Positions 48,746 to 57,976 of a stretch of 64,000 nt of DNA are shown in pieces. The stretch comes from Gemmatimonadaceae bacterium (GTDB taxonomy: Bacteria; Gemmatimonadota; Gemmatimonadetes; Gemmatimonadales; Gemmatimonadaceae). The position numbers and the translations under genes were made by a program. The DNA is taken from the NCBI GenBank assembly GCA_044224875.1, contig JBGAJQ010000021.1, positions 1 to 64,000 of the forward strand. The letters run 5' to 3'. Numbering within the stretch: the stretch's first letter is position 1; every line of letters starts with the position of its first letter. A model generated the notes under the pieces. That model saw only the letters and a program-made list of their open reading frames with translations. It had not been told where the DNA came from and made no database searches.

Positions 48746-48894
48746 ATCAGCTTCAGAGCGTCCCAGACGTCTCTCCCATCCCAGTCCACGTTCGCGCAGC
48801 GCAGAAGGCATCCCACGCACAACGGGCCCGCTCACCACGCCCATCAGCTTCAGGGCGCCCCAGAAGTCTCTCCCATCCCGGTCCACATTCGCGC
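48746..48894. repeat. Imperfect 52-bp direct repeat (duplicated padR 3' end)
   Basis: 48746-48797 versus 48843-48894, 47 of 52 positions identical by manual alignment. Confidence 0.85.
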
Positions 48895-49176
48895 GTGGAG
48901 TGCTCTTGCCGTGCGGAGCGCCCGCATCCCCGGGGCCGTCACTCGATACAGGCGCTTGGACCGGCCGCCACGCCGCCCAGTCGGGTCGGACGACCACGAC
49001 GTCACGAGCCTCTTGGCTTCGAGCCGCTGAAGCGTCGTGTAGACAGCCCCCAGGGAGGCCTCGCGCTCGAGACGTCGGGACACCTCGAGTCTCACCGATG
49101 CGCTGTAGGCCTCGTCCAGTGCACCAACGCTTACCATGACGACGAGTTCGAATGCTCCTAACGAGGGACGCGCCAT
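48850..49176 (-). CDS. PadR-family transcriptional regulator
   Basis: LGAFELVVM, GAVYTTLQRLEAKRLV, RGGRSKRLYRVTAPG. Start at ATG 49176. Confidence 0.9.
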   Translation of the reverse strand: MARPSLGAFELVVMVSVGALDEAYSASVRLEVSRRLEREASLGAVYTTLQRLEAKRLVTSWSSDPTGRRGGRSKRLYRVTAPGMRALRTARALHARMWTGMGETSGAP

Positions 49177-49352
49177 AAGGTCCAAAATGTAGAACAAATA
49201 ACTTCCCGCAAAGGATGACTTGCTGAAATGCACTGAAATCGACTACATCACGGGTGCGTTCTTCGGTGCGAGCGCCATTTTGGTGACGCACCTGACAGCG
49301 CAGCACGGTTCACCCCTCGTAATCGTCTGCGACCCCAACAGGAGTCTCTCTC

Positions 49353-49862
49353 GTGGCACTCTGGAAGGAACAAGTCGCGCCAAAGACGGCGCCCGTCACC
49401 TCTGAGCCCGGGCTCAAGAAGGAGTCCGAGACGCCCGCCGAGGCGACGTACAGCTACGACGCGCAACGCCGCTCGGCCCCATCCCGCGAGGCAAAGGAGT
49501 CGGTGATCGGCTCAGACATCACGATCGAGGGAAAGATCGATGGTGCAGGCCACATTCGCATCGCCGGGCGCTTTAAGGGAGACGTGAACGTCGAAGGCAA
49601 CCTGACGATTGAGGCTGGGGCGAAGCTGACGGGCGGCGTGCGAGCGAACGCCGTCGTGATTGGCGGGGAGGTGGACGGCAACATCGTGGACGCCGGTCGC
49701 GTGGAACTCCTCGCATCCGGAATCCTCAACGGCGACCTCAAGGCGGGCTCGCTGACGGTGGCAGCCGGTTCGCGGATGCGCGGGCGTGTGGAGTTTGGGT
49801 GGGACGAGAAGCTTCAACCGCGTCCGGTGATGGCACTGGAGAACGGTTCTAGCGCCCTATGA
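49353..49862 (+). CDS. Bactofilin (polymer-forming cytoskeletal protein)
   Basis: SVIGSDITIEGKI...IRIAGRFKGDV...GEVDGNI...GSRMRG beta-helix repeats; N-terminal MALWK peptide. Confidence 0.92.
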   Translation: MALWKEQVAPKTAPVTSEPGLKKESETPAEATYSYDAQRRSAPSREAKESVIGSDITIEGKIDGAGHIRIAGRFKGDVNVEGNLTIEAGAKLTGGVRANAVVIGGEVDGNIVDAGRVELLASGILNGDLKAGSLTVAAGSRMRGRVEFGWDEKLQPRPVMALENGSSAL

Positions 49863-50227
49863 GCACGACACGCGAGTTCGTCGCCGGCACCACGCGGACT
49901 TGTCCGCACTGCCGAGCCACGATTCTCGAGAGTGCCGTTCGCTGTCCCGCCTGCAATCATCACCTGCGGTTTGATCCGACCGCGGCCTCGCGTGCGTTGC
50001 CCAGCTTTTCGCCGCTCCGCGTCGAGGGGTCGGTGGTACATCCTCCAACCGGCGATCCGTGGGAGTACTCTGTCGTCGTCTCCATTCGCAACGGGAAGGG
50101 CGAAGAGGTCACGCGACAAGTCGTCGGGGTGGGCGCGATTCACCCAGATGATGTGAGAACGTTCACGCTCGCGGTTGAGGTCTTCACGCCCGACCCCAAG
50201 GGTGCGCTGCGCAAGGAGTCCCGCTAG
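49859..50227 (+). CDS. Hypothetical zinc-ribbon protein coupled to bactofilin
   Basis: CPHC...CPAC plus a beta-rich C-domain; ATGA overlap with the bactofilin stop. Confidence 0.75.
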   Translation: MSTTREFVAGTTRTCPHCRATILESAVRCPACNHHLRFDPTAASRALPSFSPLRVEGSVVHPPTGDPWEYSVVVSIRNGKGEEVTRQVVGVGAIHPDDVRTFTLAVEVFTPDPKGALRKESR

Positions 50228-50267
50228 CCCAGGCACGCTCTCACCCCCCTGTGTGTTGCCTTGTTTT

Positions 50268-50303
50268 AAGCGCGCGTCGCCTTCACGGTGGCGCGCGCTT
50301 TCT
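50268..50303 (+). terminator. Probable intrinsic terminator
   Basis: AAGCGCGCGTCGCC...GGTGGCGCGCGCTT stem followed by TCT, downstream of the bactofilin operon. Confidence 0.55.
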
Positions 50304-50538
50304 CATTGCTGCACGCCGACAAAAAATTGGGATGCCCGTTGCCTCTCGCTTTGCATCTCGTCAGTATTCGGAACCGTTAGCCCTCACGTCCACCCTGAAT
50401 GCGAGGAGGTGATCCATTGTCTACTGACCCTAGAGAAGCGCGGATCGCCGGTAAGCGCTAAGGACCAAGCTTGGCTGACCGGCGTTTCTGCGCCGTGCGG
50501 TTCAGACTTTCGGGGCTCGTTTCGCGTTAGGGCGCGGA

Positions 50539-51402
50539 ATGAGCCCCATTCACATGGACTTCTTGCCGTCGATGATTCTGCCTGCGATTTCCCTGCTATT
50601 GGCCGCACTGCCTCATACCAGCACGCCGAGCCCCGCGCCGGATTCCATTCGCGTGCCGATCCTTGTCTACCACAACATCCAGCCGGCGAACGAGGCGTCC
50701 CGGATACGTCGCGCGGAGCTGACGATGACGCCCGAGGTGTTCGCGCAGGAGATGCAATACCTCAAGGATCGTGGCATTGCCGTGGTGAGCCTTGCGGCGT
50801 TAGTGGACGCACTCAACGGAAAAGGCACCATCGCGCAACCGGCGGTCGTCATCACGTTCGATGACGGGCGTGTGAATCAGTATGAGCATGCCTTCCCCGT
50901 CCTGAAGCGCCTGGGGTTCACGGCCACGTTCTTTCCGTTCACACATGCGATTGGGCGCAATCCACGTTACTTCACCTGGCCGCAACTGCTGGAAATGCAA
51001 AAGGCCGGCATGACGATCGGGTCGCATTCCAACTTGCACGTACGCGTGGACCGAATTCACGATGCGGCCACGTGGCAGCTGGAGATCAAGGGAAGCCGTG
51101 ACGTGCTCCGAGAACATCTTGGAACGTCGATCGATTTCTTCTCGTATCCGTTCGGTGCGTTGGCGGTGGCGGGCGATTCGGCCGTGCGCGCGGCGGGATA
51201 TCGCGCGGCGCGCGCCTTCTCTGGTGGCGCGTGGAATCGTGCCTCGGATAACTGGCGTCTGCATGCGGTGCCGATCACGGGCGAGTTCGCGCAATTTCAG
51301 CGGACGGTCGATCCCAAGTCGCATACGGTGGTGGCCGAGCGGCCGACGACGCGCCAGGGCACGCAGCGCGCTACAAGACATCGCGGTCGCGCCAAGGGAT
51401 AG
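50539..51402 (+). CDS. Exported polysaccharide deacetylase (NodB/CE4)
   Basis: PILVYH, ITFDDG, ATFF, IGSHSNLH, FSYPFG; hydrophobic N-terminus. Confidence 0.88.
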   Translation: MSPIHMDFLPSMILPAISLLLAALPHTSTPSPAPDSIRVPILVYHNIQPANEASRIRRAELTMTPEVFAQEMQYLKDRGIAVVSLAALVDALNGKGTIAQPAVVITFDDGRVNQYEHAFPVLKRLGFTATFFPFTHAIGRNPRYFTWPQLLEMQKAGMTIGSHSNLHVRVDRIHDAATWQLEIKGSRDVLREHLGTSIDFFSYPFGALAVAGDSAVRAAGYRAARAFSGGAWNRASDNWRLHAVPITGEFAQFQRTVDPKSHTVVAERPTTRQGTQRATRHRGRAKG

Positions 51403-51484
51403 TGCGATGCCGTCAAGCGGAATCGAGTCCGGTACCGTGTCCTTCGCCAGCGGTACCTTCCCTGAGGCGTCGAGGAGCTGTGGG

Positions 51485-52603
51485 TCAGGCGGCGCGGACG
51501 GGGAGCGCCAGCCGCTGGCCTGTCGCCCGTTCAATGACGCCGCCGCCTAACACGCGACTGCCGTCGTAAAGAACGATGGACTGGCCCGGCGTGATTGCCG
51601 CCACCGGTTCCTGCAATGCCAGTTCGACTTCGTCGGCATCGATCCGGATCACCTCAGCCAGCACGGTGGGTGCGCGGTGTCGCACCTGGACCGCCAGCGC
51701 CTGTCCGATCGTTGGAGCTGTCGACAGCCAGTTCAACTCCCGGGCAATCACCCCTCGGCCCAAGAGCGCGGCGCGCGGTCCAATCACCACCATCCGCTCC
51801 GACGGCCGAATGGCAACCACGAACATTGGCTCGGCGAACCCACCGGGCAGACCCCGCCGCTGGCCGATCGTGTAGGCAGCGTACCCCGTGTGTTCGCCCA
51901 CCACGCGGCCGTCGACGTCGACAATGGGGCCCCTGGCAAGGGCAGGGGTGTCGTCACCCAGACGCTGGCGAATGATCGTCGTGTGATCGCCGTGGGGCAC
52001 GAAGCAAATGTCCTGACTTTCCTGCTTCTCGGACACCACGGTCAATCCTAACGACCGCGCCACGGCGCGCGTTTCGGCCTTGGTCTGGTGCCCCACCGGC
52101 AGGAGCAGCCGCGGCATCACGGCGGCATGAATGCCCCAGAGGAAGTAAGACTGATCCTTGGCCGGATCGAGACCGCGGTGCAGGGCGCCGTCGATCACCC
52201 GCGCATAGTGCCCCGTGGCCACAAACCGGGCGTCCACATGATCGGCCTTGTGGACCAGGTCGCGGAATTTCGTGAACGTGTTGCACCTGACACAAGGGAT
52301 CGGCGTCCGCCCTTGCACGTACTCACGCACGAAGTCGTCGATCACGTCGTGACCGAACGCGCCTTCCATGTTGAGGACGTAGTGCGGAATGCCCAGGCGC
52401 TCACACACCCGACGGGCGTCATTTACCGAGTCGAGCGAACAGCAGGGACGGTCGGGCACCGTGTCGCCGTCGCGGTACAGCTTCATGGTGGCGCCGACCA
52501 CATCATAGCCCTGTGCCTGAAGCAGCGCCGCGGCTACCGATGAGTCCACGCCTCCCGACATGGCGACGAGGACACGCGGGCCAGCGCTAGAAGAAGCAGG
52601 CAT
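51485..52603 (-). CDS. mnmA: tRNA 2-thiouridylase MnmA
   Basis: AMSGGVDSSVAA, TPIPCVRCN, ATGHY, KDQSYFL, ESQDICF, YTIGQRRG, TPGQ. Confidence 0.97.
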   Translation of the reverse strand: MPASSSAGPRVLVAMSGGVDSSVAAALLQAQGYDVVGATMKLYRDGDTVPDRPCCSLDSVNDARRVCERLGIPHYVLNMEGAFGHDVIDDFVREYVQGRTPIPCVRCNTFTKFRDLVHKADHVDARFVATGHYARVIDGALHRGLDPAKDQSYFLWGIHAAVMPRLLLPVGHQTKAETRAVARSLGLTVVSEKQESQDICFVPHGDHTTIIRQRLGDDTPALARGPIVDVDGRVVGEHTGYAAYTIGQRRGLPGGFAEPMFVVAIRPSERMVVIGPRAALLGRGVIARELNWLSTAPTIGQALAVQVRHRAPTVLAEVIRIDADEVELALQEPVAAITPGQSIVLYDGSRVLGGGVIERATGQRLALPVRAA

Positions 52604-52621
52604 GACGGAGGACTCAGCCGC

Positions 52622-53754
52622 CTAACGAACGGTGCCGGCCAGTCGTCGGGCCTTCGCCACGAGCGCCGGGAACAGCACGGCCACGCGCTCCACGTCGGCG
52701 TCAACATTCATGCTGCCAAACGACATCCGAATCGCGGCCGACGCCAGGTCGCGGCGCACCCCGACCGCCGACAGCACGTGCGACGGGCTCACGCTTCCAC
52801 TCTGGCACGCTGAGCCAGCTGAACATGCGACCCCCTGAAGGTCCAGCGCCATGAGGAGTGACTCGGAGTCCGTGCCGGGCACCGAGATGTTCAGGATGTG
52901 AGGCGCGCGGGGCGCTCCCCGGCCATGCACAACCGCGTCCGGAATCTGTTCGAGCAGCGCCATCTCGAGTCGATCGCGCAACGATCCCAAGCGTGTGCAC
53001 TCGGCTTCGTGCTCAGCCAGCGCGACATGGCAACGTTTTCGGTGCCGGGGCGGCGGCCGCGGTCCTGCGTACCGCCGTGCATCAGCGGTTCAATCGCCGA
53101 GCCGCGCCGGATGAACATCGCCCCGATCCCCTTGGGTGCACCGATCTTGTGCCCACTGATCGAGAGTGCATCGAACGGCGTGGAGCGCGCGTCGATCGCG
53201 ACCTTGCCAAAGGCCTGGACCGCGTCGGTGTGAAAGAAGACGCCTCGCTCGTGCGCCATCGCGGCAAGCTGAGGAATGTCCTGTAACACGCCGATTTCGT
53301 TGTTGACCCACATGATGCTGCACAGCGCGGTGTCCGCGGTCACACAAGCGTTGAAGCTGTCGGGAAGAACGCAACCGGCGCGATCGACCTCGATCACCCG
53401 CTCCTCACCGCCTTCCTTGGCAACCTGATGCACCGCCGCAAGCACTGCCTTGTGCTCGATCCCAGTGGTCGCCACGGCGTTCCGTGAGCCTCGCCGAGCA
53501 CGCCAGGTACCCAGGATCGCGAGGTTATCGGATTCCGTCCCGCCCGACGTAAAGCAGATTTCGTCCGCCGACGCCCCGAGGCATCGCGCCAAACGCTCAC
53601 GCGCTTCGTCCAATGCGGCCCGCGCCTCGCGCCCCCAGCGGTGCACACTGGAGGGATTCCCAAAGCGCGGACCAAAGTAGGGCTGCATGGCCTCGAACAC
53701 CTCTGGGCGAACGGGGGTGGTGGCCGCGTGGTCGAGGTAAATGGGCTGGGGCAT
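52622..53754 (-). pseudogene. iscS: Cysteine desulfurase (IscS/NifS) split by a deletion/frameshift near 53025 (real lesion or assembly error)
   Basis: YLDHAATTP, GNPSS, TSGGTES, HTDAVQ, SGHK and RPGTEN in one frame; the catalytic SAGSAC and IRMSFG in another. Confidence 0.88.
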
Positions 53755-53770
53755 GGGACAGGAATATACA

Positions 53771-53960
53771 GTCGAGGGCGGGTCCTACGGCACGTTCCGA
53801 CGCAGCGTTCCGTCGACGGGACAGCCGGGGTCTACCGCGGTTCTCCCCACCGGAGTGCACTCGAAGGGTGGGAAGCCGGCAGCGGCAGTGAGCCCTGTAG
53901 GTGTTCACTTCAAACGCAATGGTGGAGGTGCTGGGGCGTGCCCTGCGGACGCTCGTCGAC
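53771..53960 (+). ncRNA. ssrS: Probable 6S RNA
   Basis: About 190-nt irregular rod: end pairing GTCGA/TCGAC, GTCC/GGAC, GGCACGTTCCG/TGGGGCGTGCC (G-U pairs favour the + strand), apical CCCACC/GGTGGG stem, unpaired CACTTCAAACGCAAT on the 3' side; TATACA just upstream. Confidence 0.55.
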
Positions 53961-54057
53961 GCCATGGGGCGGGACCGGCCGATTCTCGTTCACGCGCGCG
54001 TTGCTCGCCGAGGCGTGTCGCTGCTCGATGCCTGACGGCGAGCGGCAGCGCGGCGGC

Positions 54058-54795
54058 TCAGTCTAGGACGAGTCGACCTCTTCGGAACCGGAGCAATGCG
54101 GCGACGTTCACCAGAATTGCGGCCGCGGCGAGCCCGACGACCACCCACTGCACGATGGTGTCCACCCCGATGACCGCCAACCGGGACAGGACGTCCAGCC
54201 GCCGGGTAGCTGGCATGGCCTGGATGGCCAGCGCGGGACCCAGGAACAGTAGCAGCATGATGACCCCGAATGCCTGTTGCGCCTGACGGACGCTGGATGC
54301 CCGTAACGACACAAAGACGCCCACACCCGAAAGGAACAGGCAATTCAGCCCGATCAGCACCAGCAACGACGCGAGATGGCCCGCCGGAATCCAGAGCAAG
54401 CCATTGTCTCGGTACCGCACATTCAGGACGATCCATCCGACGACGATGTTCATGAGCGCAAAGACATAGCCATAGAGAACGGCGGCGAGCACCTTGCCGA
54501 GCAGGATGGCGCTATCCGGGAGACGTGTCGCCAACAGCGTCTCCAGGGTGTGTCGTTCACGTTCGCCGGCGATGGCGTCGGCAATCAGCGTCGAGACCAT
54601 GCTCCCCGCCAGGATTGGCCAATACGCGAGCATCAGTGGGGAGGAAATCCACGACGGCCCCATCTGAAGCGGCGTTACAATACCCAGCATCAGCACCACG
54701 ATCAGCGCGGACAGCCCGCCCCGCTTCAGCTTGAACAGCTGGTCCTTGAACTCTCGCCACTCCTTCCACACGATCGTCAGGATGTCGCTGATCAT
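54058..54795 (-). CDS. ABC-2 type exporter permease
   Basis: IVWKEWRE, AIAGERERHTLETLLATRL, ILLGK; about six TM helices. Confidence 0.9.
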   Translation of the reverse strand: MISDILTIVWKEWREFKDQLFKLKRGGLSALIVVLMLGIVTPLQMGPSWISSPLMLAYWPILAGSMVSTLIADAIAGERERHTLETLLATRLPDSAILLGKVLAAVLYGYVFALMNIVVGWIVLNVRYRDNGLLWIPAGHLASLLVLIGLNCLFLSGVGVFVSLRASSVRQAQQAFGVIMLLLFLGPALAIQAMPATRRLDVLSRLAVIGVDTIVQWVVVGLAAAAILVNVAALLRFRRGRLVLD

Positions 54796-55733
54796 GTTTG
54801 CTCCGTGTGAGAGTCCTCACCCACGAGGTCGAGGAACGCATCTTCCAGCGAAGCCCGTTCCGGCCGCACCTCCTCCACGTCGGCGCCCTGTGTCACCAGC
54901 CATCGAACGATCGGTGCTGCGGTCGCGCCGTCATCGAGGGAGACGATCCACCCGCCCCCGTCTTGGCGCACGCTCCGCACCTGAGGCTCGCGACCTAACG
55001 ATTCGAACAACGCGGGTGCCGCAGTCGCTACAATGCGTACGGCGTTGCCATCGCGCCGGCGGCGAAGTTCTTCCGGACTTCCGATGCCGACCAGTCGGCC
55101 TTTTTGTATTACGCCAATGAGCGCACAGAGTCGCTCGGCCTCCGCGAGGTTGTGCGTGGTCAGGAAGATGGTCGTGCCCTGACCCGCTGAGAGAGCTTCC
55201 AGATCGTCACGAAGCGCTGCGCTGGCCACCGGGTCCAACCCCGCCGTTGGTTCATCGAGGAAAATCAGGGGTGGTCGATGCAGCACGGCCCGCGCCACCG
55301 CCAGTTTCTGCTTCATGCCGCGACTCCACGTGCCAACCAGGTCGTCGCGTCGGTCCCAAAGGCCGAACTGCTCGAGCAGCTCGCGCGCACGCGCTCGTCG
55401 TTCGGCCTTCGGCATGCGCCACGCTCGCCCAAACAGGTCCAGGTTCTGGGCGGCCGTGAGTCGCTCATACAAGCCATTGTGCTCGAGGAGTGCACCGGAC
55501 TTGGCGCGAACAGCGGCTCCATCGCGCCAGGCGTCCAGCCCCAACACCTCGGCGCGGCCTGCCGTCGGCTCCACCAACCCGAGAAACGTCCGAATGGCAG
55601 TTGTCTTCCCGGCGCCGTTCGGCCCGAGAAACCCAAACACGATACCACTGGGTACCTCGAGGGAAAGCCGGTCCAGTGCGCGGACCGACTCAAAGTCGCG
55701 CACGACGTCGATGGCCCGAATGGCAGTGGTCAT
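54792..55733 (-). CDS. ABC transporter ATP-binding protein
   Basis: GPNGAGKTT, SRGMKQK, LDEPTAGLDP, TTH, SLEDAFL. Confidence 0.95.
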   Translation of the reverse strand: MTTAIRAIDVVRDFESVRALDRLSLEVPSGIVFGFLGPNGAGKTTAIRTFLGLVEPTAGRAEVLGLDAWRDGAAVRAKSGALLEHNGLYERLTAAQNLDLFGRAWRMPKAERRARARELLEQFGLWDRRDDLVGTWSRGMKQKLAVARAVLHRPPLIFLDEPTAGLDPVASAALRDDLEALSAGQGTTIFLTTHNLAEAERLCALIGVIQKGRLVGIGSPEELRRRRDGNAVRIVATAAPALFESLGREPQVRSVRQDGGGWIVSLDDGATAAPIVRWLVTQGADVEEVRPERASLEDAFLDLVGEDSHTEQT

Positions 55734-56362
55734 GCGGGGGGAAGGTCTTCCAGGACGGCGCGCACCGGCGCGGCGTCGGCCTGCGCGAGCTTGAGCGGCA
55801 GCGCGACCAGGCGATAGTCTCCGGCCGCAACGTCGCGAAGGTCCAGATTCTCCAGGATACAGGCTCCACCATCGAACAACGCGTGATGCACGGCGAGGAC
55901 CTTGCTCTCACGATCGTCCACCGACGGGCAATCTACGCCCAGTAGGCGAAGGCCCTGTTGGAGCAGCTGACGAACGGCTTCCGTGGAAAGGACCGGCCAC
56001 CACTCGGGAAACGTCCCATCGGCAATCGTGCGGCCAGTCCGCAGCAGCAGGCGTCCGCCGGCAATGGGCGCCTGCAGGCGTCGATCGTCAGCTCGAACTT
56101 CGCCGCGGTGATCTCGCAGGTCGATGACGGTAGCCGGGCCAAGGAAAGCGTCTACGGGCAGCGTATCAGCTGCCGGCGCGCCGTCACGTACGTGCAAGGG
56201 AGCGTCTGCATGCGTGCCCACGTGCGGGCTCCCGGCGATTGCCGAGACGTTGACGCTGGCGCCGTCGGCCATGCGCCACGCCCAGGTGCAGCTGTATGGC
56301 GTGTCACCCGGCCATTCTGGCGTGCCAGGCGCCAGCGTCATGCTGATGCAACGACGTGTCAC
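55730..56362 (-). CDS. kynB: Kynurenine formamidase (cyclase family)
   Basis: WPGDTPY, HVGTHADAPLH, GVDCPSVD, ILENL, LPLK...DAAPVRA. GTGA overlap with the kynA stop. Confidence 0.88.
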   Translation of the reverse strand: MTRRCISMTLAPGTPEWPGDTPYSCTWAWRMADGASVNVSAIAGSPHVGTHADAPLHVRDGAPAADTLPVDAFLGPATVIDLRDHRGEVRADDRRLQAPIAGGRLLLRTGRTIADGTFPEWWPVLSTEAVRQLLQQGLRLLGVDCPSVDDRESKVLAVHHALFDGGACILENLDLRDVAAGDYRLVALPLKLAQADAAPVRAVLEDLPPA

Positions 56363-57132
56363 GTCTTGGGTCGCTCGTCCGGCGCTGCCCCGGCGCCAAA
56401 AAACTTCGCCCGCACGTCCCACAGCTGGGGGAAGAAACGCTGTGACAACGTGCGTTGGAGATACTTCGAGCCGAGTGTCCCTCCCGTGCCTCCCGTTTGC
56501 GGACCGATGATCCGTTCCACCATCTGAACGTGCAAGAAGCGCCACAACCCGAAGCCCTGCTCGTACTCAATGAGGCTTTCGGCGAGGAGGAACAGGTCAG
56601 AGACTGCGGGATCCGCGTAGACCTGTTCCAGCGTGACACCACGTTCTGCCAGGAGGTCCAGGTACAACGCCTGCAAGGTGGGGCGGGCCAGCACCCGTTG
56701 CACCTCTGGGGGAATTTCTCCGTGCTCCCGTAGCACCGCCATGAAGTGATCGCCCCGCAGGCCACTCGCCGCCTCGATGGCGCGGAACTGAAAGCTCTGC
56801 CCGCCACTGGCGGAGCCCAGGTATCCGCGAAACTCGGCGAAGCGCTGTGGGGGCAGGGTATCCAGGGCCGAAAGCTGAGCCGCCACGATGCGCGTAAGTG
56901 CATTGATGCGGCGCATGGTGGCGAGCGATGCCATGGCGTCGCGGCGTTCGAGTCGGGCCACCAGCAGGTCAAATTCGTGCAACAGCACCTTGAACCACAG
57001 TTCACTGGCCTGATGAACGACGATGAAGAGCAGTTCGTCCGAATGTTCTGGCTGCGAGCGCGGCCGCTGCAGCCGCAACAACTCGTTGACGGCCAGGTAG
57101 TCGCCGTAGGTCACGTCGTCGGATGGATGCAC
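56359..57132 (-). CDS. kynA: Tryptophan 2,3-dioxygenase
   Basis: TYGDYL, DELLFIVVHQASELWFK, ASGGQSFQFR, WRFLHVQMVERIIG, GTGG, FFPQLW. Confidence 0.93.
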   Translation of the reverse strand: MHPSDDVTYGDYLAVNELLRLQRPRSQPEHSDELLFIVVHQASELWFKVLLHEFDLLVARLERRDAMASLATMRRINALTRIVAAQLSALDTLPPQRFAEFRGYLGSASGGQSFQFRAIEAASGLRGDHFMAVLREHGEIPPEVQRVLARPTLQALYLDLLAERGVTLEQVYADPAVSDLFLLAESLIEYEQGFGLWRFLHVQMVERIIGPQTGGTGGTLGSKYLQRTLSQRFFPQLWDVRAKFFGAGAAPDERPKT

Positions 57133-57138
57133 GGCTGG

Positions 57139-57864
57139 TCAGAAGGTGGAGACACCAAGCGTGACGACATCGTCCACGCGCATGGTCTCCGTCGTGAAAA
57201 AGGGCTCACCATACCGCGCGCGGATGAGCGATCCGTAGTGCGCCGCCTGGTGGCGCACCACGTCGATGAGCGACTCACCGGTTGGATAAACCTCTCCCGC
57301 CTGCGTGGCGTCCTCGAACTGGGACTCGTAGCAGCGGATCGCGGCAACCTTGGTTTCGAACGTATCGGTGATATCGACCACGAACGTGGGCTTGAGATAG
57401 TCCTCGCGGTAGGCGATCGCATGGAGCACCTTCCGCGGGCGATGCGGCTCCTTGCCGGGAGCGTAGTTCCTAAGTCCTGCCAGAAAACACGCATCGCGAA
57501 TGAGCTCCGCGGCGCCCCGATGGTCGGGATGTCTACCGTATGGAGCCGGGGCCGGAGCGATGACGATCGTCGGCCGCACCACGCGGAGAACCTCCACCAG
57601 GGCGGCACGCGCGGTGTCGTTGCTATAGACCCGCGCGTCAGGCAAGCCCAGACGCTCTCGCCAGGCCACACCCATCTCCTTCGCTGCTCGGGCGCTCTCG
57701 TCGGCCCGAATGGCCGCGGTGCCGCGCGTCCCGAGTTCACCGGCGGTGAGGTCGAGAATGCCCACCTGGGCGCCTCGGCGGCAGGAGGCGATGAGCGTGC
57801 CACCGCACGTCAGCTCCACATCATCGGGATGCGCGGCAATCGCCAGCAGGTCCAAGGTCGGCAT
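57139..57864 (-). CDS. bshB1: BshB1-like PIG-L/LmbE deacetylase
   Basis: AHPDDVEL, DLTAGELGTRG, RHPDH, FLAGL, YESQF, YGEPF. Start at ATG 57864. Confidence 0.82.
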   Translation of the reverse strand: MPTLDLLAIAAHPDDVELTCGGTLIASCRRGAQVGILDLTAGELGTRGTAAIRADESARAAKEMGVAWRERLGLPDARVYSNDTARAALVEVLRVVRPTIVIAPAPAPYGRHPDHRGAAELIRDACFLAGLRNYAPGKEPHRPRKVLHAIAYREDYLKPTFVVDITDTFETKVAAIRCYESQFEDATQAGEVYPTGESLIDVVRHQAAHYGSLIRARYGEPFFTTETMRVDDVVTLGVSTF

Positions 57865-57976
57865 GCCGGAAATGTAACCCGAGTGAAATCCTGCCTGCAC
57901 GCCCGGCTTGCGTCCGTTGCGTGCGCCCCGGACCTTTGGCCAGCCGTTGCAACCCCCGACCTCCTGGAGACGACGC

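Noticed and set aside
50404..50416. 16S rRNA gene fragment
   Set aside because: The match is only 13 nt and the flanks do not continue as rRNA; treated as an extended Shine-Dalgarno.
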